64,000 nt of DNA, taken from the sequence record NC_049849.1; one strand, given 5' to 3'. A program made the position numbers and the translations under genes. Each line of letters opens with the position of its first letter. The stretch's first letter is position 1. The notes below the pieces were generated by a model that worked only from the letters and a program-made list of their open reading frames with translations, ran no database searches and was not told the origin of the DNA. Below are positions 26,270 to 35,286 of the stretch, one piece after another.

Positions 26270-27784
26270 ATGGCAAAGCAGAAAGGTACTGACCTCGACG
26301 GTTACAAGTCGGGCCGCAGCAATGACGACCGCAAGCGTCCTGAAGATATCGTTGACGTACTGAAGGTACCCGACAACGGTGACAAGTGGACCACGGTTCG
26401 TATGATTGGCATCCTCGCCACGTACGCTGGCTACTGGGTCACGACGACGAAGAAGGACGGCAAGGAAGGCACGTTCTACACGCCCAGCCCTTCGTACGAT
26501 CCCGAGTCGCAAGAGTTCGACCGTTCCAAGTATGACCCGTGGCTCGACGCAGCGGATCGTTTGAACACGCAAGATCGCCGAGTCATCAGCCCGCGCCGTG
26601 TGGCATACTCGAACGTCATTGTGCGCGCTGAGCAAAAGAAGGCGCCGAAGAAGAAGCCGAAGCCGACCAAGGCCGAGTTGAAGTCGGGCTTCAAGGATAA
26701 GGAATCGGAAACCTGGACGCCGGTCCGCGTTATGGCGTTCCCTTCGTCGTTGATGAACAAGATCATCAAGTTCAAGAACGCCAACATGGTCGAGACCAAG
26801 AAAGGCGAGAAGGGCTACCATGTCAACGATCCGAAGTACGGCTGCGATATCCGTATCTCCTACGACTCGAAGGCTTCCGGTACTGACAAGTACTCGGTGT
26901 TGATGGCTGATCGCAAGCCCATCACCGAAGAAGAATCCGAATACCTGCTGTACGATATCTCCGAACTGCAAACGGTGCCGGACGAAGCAGAGGTGAAGCG
27001 CGACTTCGAATCGTGGGCCAAGCGTAACGGCATCAAGCTCGGCAAGAACAAGTCGAAGGATGATGACGACGAAGAAGACGATATCGACGAGGACGAAGAC
27101 GACCTCGATGATGACGACGAGCCGAAGTCGAAAAAGAAGGGCAAGGGCAAGGGCAAGGCCGACAAGAAGTCGAAGGGCAAGAAGAAGTCCAAGTCTGATG
27201 ACGACGAAGACGAAGACGAGGATGAAGATGACCTCGACGACGAAGACGACGAAGACGAGGATGACGACGAACCCAAGTCGAAAAAGAAGGGTAAAGGCAA
27301 GCCCGCCAAGTCCAAGAAGTCGAAGGATGATGATGATGACGACGAAGACGAGGATGAAGATGAAGATGAAGATGACGACGATGATTCGGATGACGATGAT
27401 GAGGATGACTCTGACTCGGATGATGAAGACGATGACGACGATGACTCGGATGATGACGAGGACGATGATGAAGATGAGGATGACGACGACGAGCCCAAGT
27501 CGAAGAAGTCCAAGTCTAAGTCGAAAGGTAAACCCGCCAAGGGTAAGAAGAAGTCCAAGTCTGATGATGATGACGAAGACGATGATGACCTAGACGACGA
27601 TGACTCCGATGATGAGGACGAAGACGACGACGAAGATGAGGACGATGAGCCCAAGTCGAAGAAGTCGAAGAAAGCCAAGTCGAAGAGTAAGGAAAAGTCC
27701 AGCAAGAAGGGCAAGAAGTCGAAGGGTAAGAAGAAGTCCAAGTCGGATGATGACGAAGACGAAGACGACGACATTCCTTTCTAA
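26270..27784 (+). CDS. single-stranded DNA-binding protein (T4 gp32-like core) with long charge-block tail ending DDDIPF
   Basis: Core motifs TTVRMIG, YSNVIVR, VMAFPSSLMNKI, NDPKYGCDI resemble gp32; the C-terminal DDDIPF is identical to the bacterial SSB tip; gene lies upstream of recA. Confidence 0.7.
   Translation: MAKQKGTDLDGYKSGRSNDDRKRPEDIVDVLKVPDNGDKWTTVRMIGILATYAGYWVTTTKKDGKEGTFYTPSPSYDPESQEFDRSKYDPWLDAADRLNTQDRRVISPRRVAYSNVIVRAEQKKAPKKKPKPTKAELKSGFKDKESETWTPVRVMAFPSSLMNKIIKFKNANMVETKKGEKGYHVNDPKYGCDIRISYDSKASGTDKYSVLMADRKPITEEESEYLLYDISELQTVPDEAEVKRDFESWAKRNGIKLGKNKSKDDDDEEDDIDEDEDDLDDDDEPKSKKKGKGKGKADKKSKGKKKSKSDDDEDEDEDEDDLDDEDDEDEDDDEPKSKKKGKGKPAKSKKSKDDDDDDEDEDEDEDEDDDDDSDDDDEDDSDSDDEDDDDDDSDDDEDDDEDEDDDDEPKSKKSKSKSKGKPAKGKKKSKSDDDDEDDDDLDDDDSDDEDEDDDEDEDDEPKSKKSKKAKSKSKEKSSKKGKKSKGKKKSKSDDDEDEDDDIPF
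27050..27781 (+). repeat. intragenic low-complexity repeat: alternating Asp/Glu and EPKSKK-led Lys blocks
   Basis: Four GA(G/A)CC(C/G)AAGTCGAA(A/G)AAG units separated by GAY/GAR runs. Confidence 0.85.
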
Positions 27785-27809
27785 GCAGTCGTAGGTAATC
27801 CATAACTCG

Positions 27810-27851
27810 AGGGAGCCCCTTTACTCAAGGGCGCTCCCTTCGTTCGTTTTC
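27810..27851 (+). terminator. rho-independent terminator
   Basis: AGGGAGC-CCCTT / AAGGG-C-GCTCCCT stem followed by a T-rich tail. Confidence 0.6.
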
Positions 27852-27865
27852 AGGAAAATTTTTGC

Positions 27866-29467
27866 ATGGCAAAGAAAGAGAAAGACGCAAAAGCAAAGAA
27901 GACCAAGGTCAAGGCTGACGACAAGGAACTGAAGAAAGCCAAGAAGGCGGTCAAGGCTGTGATTGACGACGCTGAGAAGAAAACCAAGAAAGCCCTGAAG
28001 GCTGCAAAGGCAAAGAAGTCGAAGTCGCGGTCCGATGATGACGAAGTAGATGACGACGGCGACGAAGCTTCTGGTGAAGCGGGGTTCGATCCCTACGCGC
28101 ATATGAACTCCGACCTGGATGAAATCGAACGCCAGGTACAAGTTACATCGGGTCTCGAAGAAGACGCATTCCCCATGTCCACGGGTCTGCTGATGAAAGA
28201 CTTGATGCTGGGTGGTGGCATTCGCCCCGGCATGTACACGACTGCAGGTGGCGAGCAATCGACCAAGACCACTTCGGTTATCAACGACTTCGCGGCTGCT
28301 ACCCTCGCTGGTGTGCCGATCAAGTCGTGGTGGGACTACGAAGGTTCGACGGTCAACAGCCATCCGTACGTTGAGTCGATCATGCGAGCCAACGGCATCA
28401 AGAAAACGGCGCGTGATTTGTTTGGTGTGCGTGACTCTGCTACTGGCAAGTACATCGTCACTCCGATTATCCGTTTCCAAACGGAGTCGATTCTCGAAAA
28501 GTTCTTTGACTACTTTCACGGTATGCTCAAGCGTCTGCCGAACAAGCGACTGCTGGCGGGCAAGTGGTGGTACATCTATGAGGACTCGAAAGAGAACCAG
28601 AAGAAGTACGGCGAGTTCGCTTCAAAGAAGATGCCCAAGATGTACGGCAAGGGCATCTACATTCCTGTACCGAACGACGATGGGTCGCTGCAAGCTGTGG
28701 TCGGCGTTGACTCGTATCCGGCAATGAATCCTCTGCTGAACGATGAGGACGAGGCCAACGAAGGTCTGGCTCTGAATGCCCGTCGATTCTCCAAGCTGCT
28801 GCCCCGCGTGAAGGGCCTGCTGGTACAAAAGCGCGTGGCACTCCTCGGCGTGAATCAGTTGCGTGATATCCCGATGGCTCGATACGGTCCGACTCAGATG
28901 GAACCCGGCGGCAAGGCTTTGCAGTTCAACTCGGACGTGCGCCTCTGGAATTCCAGCCGTGCCCTGTCTGGTGTGCCGTACGGCAATCCGAAGGGTGAAG
29001 GCAAATTTGAGTTTGAAGATTCGATCACCGGCGAAGGCAAAGATCGCTACCGCTACATTCATCAGAAGATGGTGAAGAATAAGCTGAGTCAGGAAATCCC
29101 CGAAGTGTGGTATCGCCTGTGGGTCGAAGACGTGAACGGCGAAGCGCAGGGGTATGACCCGGTGTGGGATACGATCTACTACTTGTTTGTCACGGGTCAG
29201 GTCTCGGGTAAGCGTCATGCCATGACGTTGAACTTGGAGAAGCTCGGCGCAGCCAAGAAGTCTACGAGCTGGAAGGAACTCAAGCTGTGGGTTCTCGGTA
29301 GCAAGGACGACAAGAAAAAGATCAGTGAGCGCTTGGGCTACAAGCCAATGGACCTTCGCAAGTTCTGCTTCTCGCAGATGAAGAAGGGCACGAGCAAGGA
29401 GTTGTACTTTGCCCAACAAAATAAAAACGCGAAAAACAAGGATTCATCCGACGATTCGGAAGACTGA
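27866..29467 (+). CDS. recA: RecA/UvsX-like recombinase with Lys-rich N-terminal extension
   Basis: STGLLMKDLMLGGGIRPG, variant P-loop GEQSTKTT, VGVDSYPAM, GVNQLR, PGGKALQFNSDVRL. Confidence 0.85.
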   Translation: MAKKEKDAKAKKTKVKADDKELKKAKKAVKAVIDDAEKKTKKALKAAKAKKSKSRSDDDEVDDDGDEASGEAGFDPYAHMNSDLDEIERQVQVTSGLEEDAFPMSTGLLMKDLMLGGGIRPGMYTTAGGEQSTKTTSVINDFAAATLAGVPIKSWWDYEGSTVNSHPYVESIMRANGIKKTARDLFGVRDSATGKYIVTPIIRFQTESILEKFFDYFHGMLKRLPNKRLLAGKWWYIYEDSKENQKKYGEFASKKMPKMYGKGIYIPVPNDDGSLQAVVGVDSYPAMNPLLNDEDEANEGLALNARRFSKLLPRVKGLLVQKRVALLGVNQLRDIPMARYGPTQMEPGGKALQFNSDVRLWNSSRALSGVPYGNPKGEGKFEFEDSITGEGKDRYRYIHQKMVKNKLSQEIPEVWYRLWVEDVNGEAQGYDPVWDTIYYLFVTGQVSGKRHAMTLNLEKLGAAKKSTSWKELKLWVLGSKDDKKKISERLGYKPMDLRKFCFSQMKKGTSKELYFAQQNKNAKNKDSSDDSED

Positions 29468-30110
29468 ATCCCGTGAGGTGAATCTTCACGAGTTGCTCTC
29501 GGAACCAGCTACTCTGGTATCGGAGTTCGAGCCCCTGCCAAAGAGAAAGGTGAAGCCGAGATTCAAATCGGCTTTCTTCTTTCGGCTGGGCGACAAACAC
29601 GATGCAGAGCGTAAGCGTAGGGCCGAACTGAAACCCGCAGTTATCCAAGTGGCTAACGAAGCTGTGGTGGTCAGGTCGGAGTCCTACAAAGACGAGCTGG
29701 GTCCGCGAGTAGACAATGAAGCGAGCTCGGTCAGAGAATTTCTTCTGACCGAGTTTGCGATCAAGAGTACAGCGGCGGATACAGGAATGCTGCAGGCTGT
29801 TGAGGTACTGAAGAATGTCTCCGGGTCCGAAGTAGAGGAATCTATTCAGCGTCGCTTTGAACAGCTACGGCACAAGGCGATGACGATTCGACTAGCTCGG
29901 TACCTGGCTGATCACTTCGGCCTTGAAGAGTCTGACGTTGACCTGCTGCTCGATGCAGTTACGCCCCCTAAGCCAGCGAATATCATATTCCCTAGCCTAT
30001 CAGAAGTAACGCCGGACTCTCCGGTCGGTGCAGCAAATGAAAAATCAAGATCAGCTACTAAGTCTGTTTCCAGGCCTGGTGCCAAGCGACTTCGTACCCC
30101 AGCAAAGTAA
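29409..30110 (+). CDS. hypothetical protein upstream of terL
   Basis: 233-aa ORF overlapping both neighbours; start uncertain. Confidence 0.45.
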   Translation: MPNKIKTRKTRIHPTIRKTESREVNLHELLSEPATLVSEFEPLPKRKVKPRFKSAFFFRLGDKHDAERKRRAELKPAVIQVANEAVVVRSESYKDELGPRVDNEASSVREFLLTEFAIKSTAADTGMLQAVEVLKNVSGSEVEESIQRRFEQLRHKAMTIRLARYLADHFGLEESDVDLLLDAVTPPKPANIIFPSLSEVTPDSPVGAANEKSRSATKSVSRPGAKRLRTPAK

Positions 30111-32145
30111 AAAGAAGAAAAAGAAGAAGCGCGACTTAACCGAGGCCGAACGCATCGCTGAAGAGGTTGCAGAAGCTCAAGCTAAAGCAAAAGCCTTTGA
30201 TGACGAGCATGGCACGGACTTCGATATCGTGAAGCTCATGGACGAGGCAGTCGACCCATTGACCGGCACCTTGCGTGACCTCAAGATCGACGACCGGGAC
30301 TTGCCAGTGGCTAAGAACTACTGGGACTGGAGCTTCAACTTCGTAGGCGGCTCGACGCAGCCTTGGTCGCGTCAGATGTGGGCAATGCTGAAGTTCTTCG
30401 GCGAGATATGCCCAGTCTGCTCTGACAAGAAATGGTTCCGTGATGTGATGAACGTGCCGAAGGATTACCCGAGCAAGGACCTGCCCGAGCGACTGGTCAT
30501 GCTTGAGTACGGCGTGTGCCCCAAATGCAAACGGCATCGTCGGCAGCTGATTAAGAAAGGCCGCATGAACGACTACACTGAGTACGTTGGCGTGTGGGGT
30601 CAGCGGTCAGGCAAATCCGTTACTGCAGTGAACGCGGCTGGATATCACGGCCATCGATTTCTCAAGTTCCCAAAGCTGCCGGGTCTCACTCCTGGTATGG
30701 CCGAGGCAACGAACTTGACTGCGACGTTTACGGCACCGACTGCAGGACAGGCTTCAGCCGTTCTGTGGGAACCGTTCCTGAACGTTGTAGAGGAGTGCAA
30801 GTGGTATCAAGACTACTTCAAACTCCTAGACCACTACGGCAACAAGTATGGCATCGAGCTATACGCAAAGAAGAAAGAGTTCATCAAGTTCTTCAATAAG
30901 AAGATTCACTTTCAGCTTGCGAGTCCGAACAAGACTACACTCCGGGGTGCTACACGTATCCTAGGTTTGATCGACGAGCTGGGCCTGTTTCGCATTCCTG
31001 ATTCAGAGGACGGCGAAGACGACAAGGAACGCGCCAACGCTGACGAAGCACACAAGTCGCTAACCAACTCGTTGCTGACGATGCAGAACTCATACAAAGA
31101 ACTGTTGAGCCGTGGATTCTTCCATTGCCCTAACGGTTTGATGATGAGCGTTTCATCGCCCTTCAGTGACCGAGACAAGGTCATGCGGCTGCTGGCTGAA
31201 GCAGAAGGCGACATTGGTTCGAAGCTCATCTTTGGTACGCAGCTTGCGACGTGGGAAGTCAACCCGAACATTGAGAAGACTGACCCCATCATTGCTCTGG
31301 CCTACGAGAAGAATCCCGATAAGGCCGACCGTGACTTTGGTGCACGGCCACCGCGCATTGAGTCTCCGTTCATTCACGTTAACACTGTGAAAGAGGGAAT
31401 CTTCGTCGGCACGAAGAACACGCACGAACTCGAGCATGCCATTCAAGGCGGCAAGCTTTACGGTACGTTGCGTCGTGTGGCGAATACGGGTGCTGCTACT
31501 CTAATGTCTCTGGACGCTGGCGAAGTCAACAACTCATTCTCTATGACGTTGTTTACGCTGGACACCAAGACGATGAAGCCTGCGCTTCAGACTCTGGTCG
31601 AGGTAATGCCGCGTGAGGGATATCGCATCGACCACAACCTGGTGTACGAGAACATCATTCTGCCGCTGGCTAAAGAATGCAACTCGCACGTCATCATTGC
31701 GGACCGATGGAACTCGCTAGATATCCTGAGCCGGCTGACTGCTGACTTGACCTGGGACCCTATCGTGCAACAGATTACGCCGCGTCGTAAGGACTTCGAT
31801 GCAGTGCGCACAATGCTAGAGAACGACGGTATCACATGCCCGTTGCCAGAGATTCCATTGCACTCGTTCATCAACAAGTCGGTGGAAGACTATCGGCAGT
31901 TTTTCGTAAATAAGCCGATAGCACATTTGGCGCATCAGATGACGACGATTCGAGACGACGGACCCGGCAAGTGCCCAGTCAAAGGCCACCGATATACCGA
32001 CGACTCGTTCCGTGCATTCGCGCTAGGTGCGGCACGCATTCACACTCCCAAGTTTGTGGAGAAGCTGCAAAAGGCAATGACCTTAAAGAGTCGAGGCCCG
32101 ATGCCCGCAGCAGTCTACATATCAAGAGGCGGAATTCGCAGGTGA
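30028..32145 (+). CDS. terL: terminase large subunit
   Basis: Walker A WGQRSGKS, Walker B GLIDELG, SVSSP coupling motif, RNase H-like nuclease SLDAG...ADRWN...DDSF; N-terminal CPVC...CPKC. The start may be 30037. Confidence 0.82.
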   Translation: MQQMKNQDQLLSLFPGLVPSDFVPQQSKKKKKKKRDLTEAERIAEEVAEAQAKAKAFDDEHGTDFDIVKLMDEAVDPLTGTLRDLKIDDRDLPVAKNYWDWSFNFVGGSTQPWSRQMWAMLKFFGEICPVCSDKKWFRDVMNVPKDYPSKDLPERLVMLEYGVCPKCKRHRRQLIKKGRMNDYTEYVGVWGQRSGKSVTAVNAAGYHGHRFLKFPKLPGLTPGMAEATNLTATFTAPTAGQASAVLWEPFLNVVEECKWYQDYFKLLDHYGNKYGIELYAKKKEFIKFFNKKIHFQLASPNKTTLRGATRILGLIDELGLFRIPDSEDGEDDKERANADEAHKSLTNSLLTMQNSYKELLSRGFFHCPNGLMMSVSSPFSDRDKVMRLLAEAEGDIGSKLIFGTQLATWEVNPNIEKTDPIIALAYEKNPDKADRDFGARPPRIESPFIHVNTVKEGIFVGTKNTHELEHAIQGGKLYGTLRRVANTGAATLMSLDAGEVNNSFSMTLFTLDTKTMKPALQTLVEVMPREGYRIDHNLVYENIILPLAKECNSHVIIADRWNSLDILSRLTADLTWDPIVQQITPRRKDFDAVRTMLENDGITCPLPEIPLHSFINKSVEDYRQFFVNKPIAHLAHQMTTIRDDGPGKCPVKGHRYTDDSFRAFALGAARIHTPKFVEKLQKAMTLKSRGPMPAAVYISRGGIRR

Positions 32146-32148
32146 CAT

Positions 32149-33192
32149 ATGTTTGAAGCAGTATCAGTAGGTGACATGCACTTTGACGGCGCCTGGGCGA
32201 ACATGGTCGAGAACCACGCTCAGATGCTGGTCAATGAAATCCGCCGCGGTCCGGTCAAGTACGCAACGACCAAGGGCATTCGCCATATCATCCTCAAGGG
32301 TGACGTGTGCAATAAGCCCAGGCTTTCGTACGAGTCGTACCTGGCCTTGCTCAAGCTGTTTCTGAAATACTCAAAGCTCGAGTGGCATTTGATCCCCGGC
32401 AATCACGAAATGTTTAGCGTCGATCCCACGGTCGGTCATTCGCTAGATATCTTCAAGCCGTTGATTAAAGAGGGGCTGCTTCCTAACGTCCATGTGTATG
32501 ACACAGTGACCGATGTAGAGATTGATGGTGCAGCCTTGCGCTTCCTGCCATGGCCGCATCAGAAGTTCTCTAAGTCACGACTGAACATTGCACACGTTGA
32601 AGTGCGCGGTGCCAAGTCTGACTCAGGCAAAGTCTTTGACAAGGCCAAGAATGAATCGGATGCCGTGGCTATTGTTGGTCACCTGCATACGCCACACACT
32701 GTACGCAATACGCACTACGGTGGTACGATCATTCAGCAGAGCTTTGGTGAGAAGGCAAAGAAGGGATTCCTTCACGTTCAGTGGAACGGGCCCGATGACT
32801 ATGAGATTGACTATGTGCCGCATGTGCCCGAGTACAGTCTGCATACCATTGTGGTCGAATCGAAGAAAGACCTGAAGCGCATTCCGACGGACACCAAGAA
32901 GCTGGTACGGTTGGTGATAGAGAATGGCGCCGACGTGGATAACACCATGTGGGCCGGATTCTCAAACGTCATCAAGACCACGCCGTTCAAGTCGCAGGCC
33001 GATCTACAGGCCGTGCTTGATTCCGAAATGACCGATGGCAGTAGTTTGTCGATCAACACCGATGACTACTTTAAGGCTTGGCTCCAGCTCAAACAGCTTG
33101 ACGCCAAGGACGAGAAACGAATTATCAAGAGACGCTATAGGGCTATCAATGGGAGCAACCTGTATAGTAATCAAACGCGAGCTAGTAGTTAG
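32149..33192 (+). CDS. SbcD/Mre11/gp47-like metallophosphoesterase nuclease
   Basis: GDMH, GDVC, GNHE, AHVE, GHLH motifs. Confidence 0.82.
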   Translation: MFEAVSVGDMHFDGAWANMVENHAQMLVNEIRRGPVKYATTKGIRHIILKGDVCNKPRLSYESYLALLKLFLKYSKLEWHLIPGNHEMFSVDPTVGHSLDIFKPLIKEGLLPNVHVYDTVTDVEIDGAALRFLPWPHQKFSKSRLNIAHVEVRGAKSDSGKVFDKAKNESDAVAIVGHLHTPHTVRNTHYGGTIIQQSFGEKAKKGFLHVQWNGPDDYEIDYVPHVPEYSLHTIVVESKKDLKRIPTDTKKLVRLVIENGADVDNTMWAGFSNVIKTTPFKSQADLQAVLDSEMTDGSSLSINTDDYFKAWLQLKQLDAKDEKRIIKRRYRAINGSNLYSNQTRASS

Positions 33193-33376
33193 CCAATGCC
33201 CACTCCCTGACGGTGCTTGCTTCTTCAAGCATCGTGAAAACGGATTTTGTAAATATACAGAGACAGACGGCATGACTGTAAACCAGTTGGCCGACCTTGT
33301 TGGTACGACCCGAATAGACGAGGCACAGTACCAATCAATTCAAACCAATATCAGATCAAAGATGGAAAACCTATGA
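33149..33376 (+). CDS. small Cys-rich / HTH-like protein
   Basis: C..CPL...C...C followed by MTVNQLADLVG; start uncertain. Confidence 0.35.
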   Translation: MGATCIVIKRELVVSQCPLPDGACFFKHRENGFCKYTETDGMTVNQLADLVGTTRIDEAQYQSIQTNIRSKMENL

Positions 33377-34050
33377 AAGAACTTACTCTCTCCGAAATCC
33401 TGGCCTTTCCCGCGAACTCTCCGCTGTGGGTGTTGAACACGACCAACAGCTCCGAAGTCGCGCAAGCAGGCGAACTGCTGATCCCGGTCCCGCGTCGTCA
33501 TGGCAACGGCTCCGACGTTATCGCGGTGCCGATGAGCTGGCTGCCGTATGACTTGACGATGGACGCCGAACGCGAACTGATCGTCAATGCCTCCGAGTTC
33601 CGCAAGGCGCTGCACAATGGAAACCTGGTCGTGATCCCGCAAGAGGAAGCCGACAAGCTGCTGGGGGATTCGGAAGCTCGCGGTGAACGCAAGCGCCTGC
33701 TGGACAAGAAGCGTCAGATCGACATTGCACATGCCAAGGCTATCAGCGGTGGCGACAAGGAAGAGTCGGGCAAGCCGGCTACCAATCCTGAACGTGCGAA
33801 GCGTGACCCCAATCTCGGACCGAACGAAATTCAACCGGGCATCACTCACCAATTCAAGGCATGGGTTGAGCGTCTGAATCTCCTGGCCGATGACTCGGTC
33901 AAGTCCGAAATCCGCCTGCGTCGCAATTTCACATTCAAGGAACTGCGCTTCGCCATGGCCGGCTTGAACAACAAGCCGCAAGCTCAAAACGCCCTGCAAG
34001 ATATCCTCCACGCCAAGAAGGCGAAGAAGGCCGCGAAGGGCGGGAAGTAA
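33373..34050 (+). CDS. hypothetical protein
   Basis: 225 aa, strong codon bias, followed by a terminator. Confidence 0.65.
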   Translation: MKELTLSEILAFPANSPLWVLNTTNSSEVAQAGELLIPVPRRHGNGSDVIAVPMSWLPYDLTMDAERELIVNASEFRKALHNGNLVVIPQEEADKLLGDSEARGERKRLLDKKRQIDIAHAKAISGGDKEESGKPATNPERAKRDPNLGPNEIQPGITHQFKAWVERLNLLADDSVKSEIRLRRNFTFKELRFAMAGLNNKPQAQNALQDILHAKKAKKAAKGGK

Positions 34051-34076
34051 TAACGCGACCTGACAAAGGTCAAAAT

Positions 34077-34109
34077 CCCAGTGTTGTATTTTCGCAACAC
34101 TGGGTTTTT
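34077..34109 (+). terminator. rho-independent terminator
   Basis: CCCAGTGTTG / CAACACTGGG stem plus TTTTT. Confidence 0.75.
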
Positions 34110-34123
34110 CCATTTGTAAGACG

Positions 34124-34132
34124 TGATAAAAT
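34124..34132 (+). promoter_or_regulatory. possible extended -10 sigma70 promoter (TGnTAAAAT)
   Basis: TGATAAAAT ahead of the small-gene cluster; no good -35. Confidence 0.35.
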
Positions 34133-34181
34133 TCCTATGCGGGATAATCCGTCCCGGATTCTGTGAAAGTGAGAAACGAAA

Positions 34182-34433
34182 ATGTTGATTACAAACGAGC
34201 GCGCTTTGGCAATCCTCGCAATGTGCGATGCAGCATTGAACGCGGGCCTAAGCGTTATCAAAGCGGCTTTTCCGGGCGATGACGGAATCACGGTAGAGGT
34301 CAGCTGGGCTTCTGATGCGGGACACGGAAGCATTCACGTCAGCGCAGTCAGCCGGCGTGGCGTTCGCGTGGCGCGTCCGGGTACTGGGGACTTCCGAGTG
34401 CCGCAATTCCGCGCAAAGTTCACTGAGCAGTAA
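34182..34433 (+). CDS. small hypothetical (early-type)
   Basis: A-rich leader, 83 aa. Confidence 0.55.
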   Translation: MLITNERALAILAMCDAALNAGLSVIKAAFPGDDGITVEVSWASDAGHGSIHVSAVSRRGVRVARPGTGDFRVPQFRAKFTEQ

Positions 34434-34444
34434 GAGCAGTACTC

Positions 34445-34460
34445 GAGGGCTCCGGCCCTC
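34445..34460 (+). repeat. GAGGGC-TCCG-GCCCTC hairpin, copy 1
   Basis: Identical 16-mer at 34762. Confidence 0.75.
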
Positions 34461-34491
34461 GTTTGCAAATGTTCGATAAGGAAAAATCGAA

Positions 34492-34749
34492 ATGTTGATT
34501 AAACGGACGCAGGCATCCGCATTCGCCGGAATGGTAGCCGCGGTGGCGAAACAGAAAGACAGCGGCAACGTTGTCCAGGTGCAATACGCGCATCCTGACG
34601 GGTTTGATGTTGAACTCCGATGGGTCGACTCTAGCGCGTGTCATGGCGGCGTGGTACGCGTCGTTGTGTCTGACGAGAACGTTCAGTGGCAGCATCCAGA
34701 ATGCGGATTCGTTCCACTCGACGTATTCAAGCATCGCTATCAAGTCTAG
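34492..34749 (+). CDS. small hypothetical (early-type)
   Basis: AAGGAAAAATCGAAATG leader. Confidence 0.6.
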   Translation: MLIKRTQASAFAGMVAAVAKQKDSGNVVQVQYAHPDGFDVELRWVDSSACHGGVVRVVVSDENVQWQHPECGFVPLDVFKHRYQV

Positions 34750-34761
34750 TACGCAGTGACC

Positions 34762-34777
34762 GAGGGCTCCGGCCCTC
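34762..34777 (+). repeat. GAGGGC-TCCG-GCCCTC hairpin, copy 2
   Basis: Identical to 34445; followed by a T-run. Confidence 0.75.
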
Positions 34778-34824
34778 TTTTTAACACTTCAATTCACGCA
34801 AACCCACGATTAGGAAAAATCGAA

Positions 34825-35286
34825 ATGTTCACCATCAAAAACGCAGACACCGAAATCGCTTATGGCGTCGTTCGCATGAGCAAGATTCAGTTCGAGGCGG
34901 TCAAGGAATTCATGCACTCGCAATCAAACATCGTGAAGTTCCCTGGCTTGGTCACGTTGGTCGCTCAAGGTTCGGGTTACTATCGACTGCTGCCGAACTT
35001 CGGTGACCCCAAGTCGACCGAGCGCGTCAAGGGTGCCATGAAACTCATCGGCCGCGCCATCAAGGACTTTCAGGCTGACGTTGCGGCGGACATTCGCCGG
35101 GTGCAACATATGAAGACGACCGGCGCGCAGACCGTTGCCTATGTCGGCGACAAGAACTGGAACACGGGCAACTACCAAACCGTGCATCGCCCGGCTGCGC
35201 ATCAGCCGAAGAAGCCGCGGCCGATTGTGCAAACGGACATTAACAAGCTGGCATCACGCTTTCGCGTTAAAGGGGTATACGCATGA
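34825..35286 (+). CDS. hypothetical protein
   Basis: AGGAAAAATCGAAATG leader; start refined. Confidence 0.6.
   Translation: MFTIKNADTEIAYGVVRMSKIQFEAVKEFMHSQSNIVKFPGLVTLVAQGSGYYRLLPNFGDPKSTERVKGAMKLIGRAIKDFQADVAADIRRVQHMKTTGAQTVAYVGDKNWNTGNYQTVHRPAAHQPKKPRPIVQTDINKLASRFRVKGVYA

Noticed and set aside
26860-27774. Poly-Ser minus-strand ORFs (also 44986..45453) and Thr/Met-rich alternate + frames (27060..27593, 45036..45410)
   Set aside because: They arise automatically from GAY/GAR repeats encoding Asp/Glu tracts; not independent genes.
27050-27781. Repeat block considered as a CRISPR array or VNTR
   Set aside because: Units are in-frame, degenerate at third positions, and lack constant-length repeats with unique spacers; no cas genes are present.
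5202-32145. Inteins or group I introns in dnaB, polA, thyA, recA, terL
   Set aside because: Reading frames are continuous, with no C/S...HN intein ends or LAGLIDADG motifs seen.
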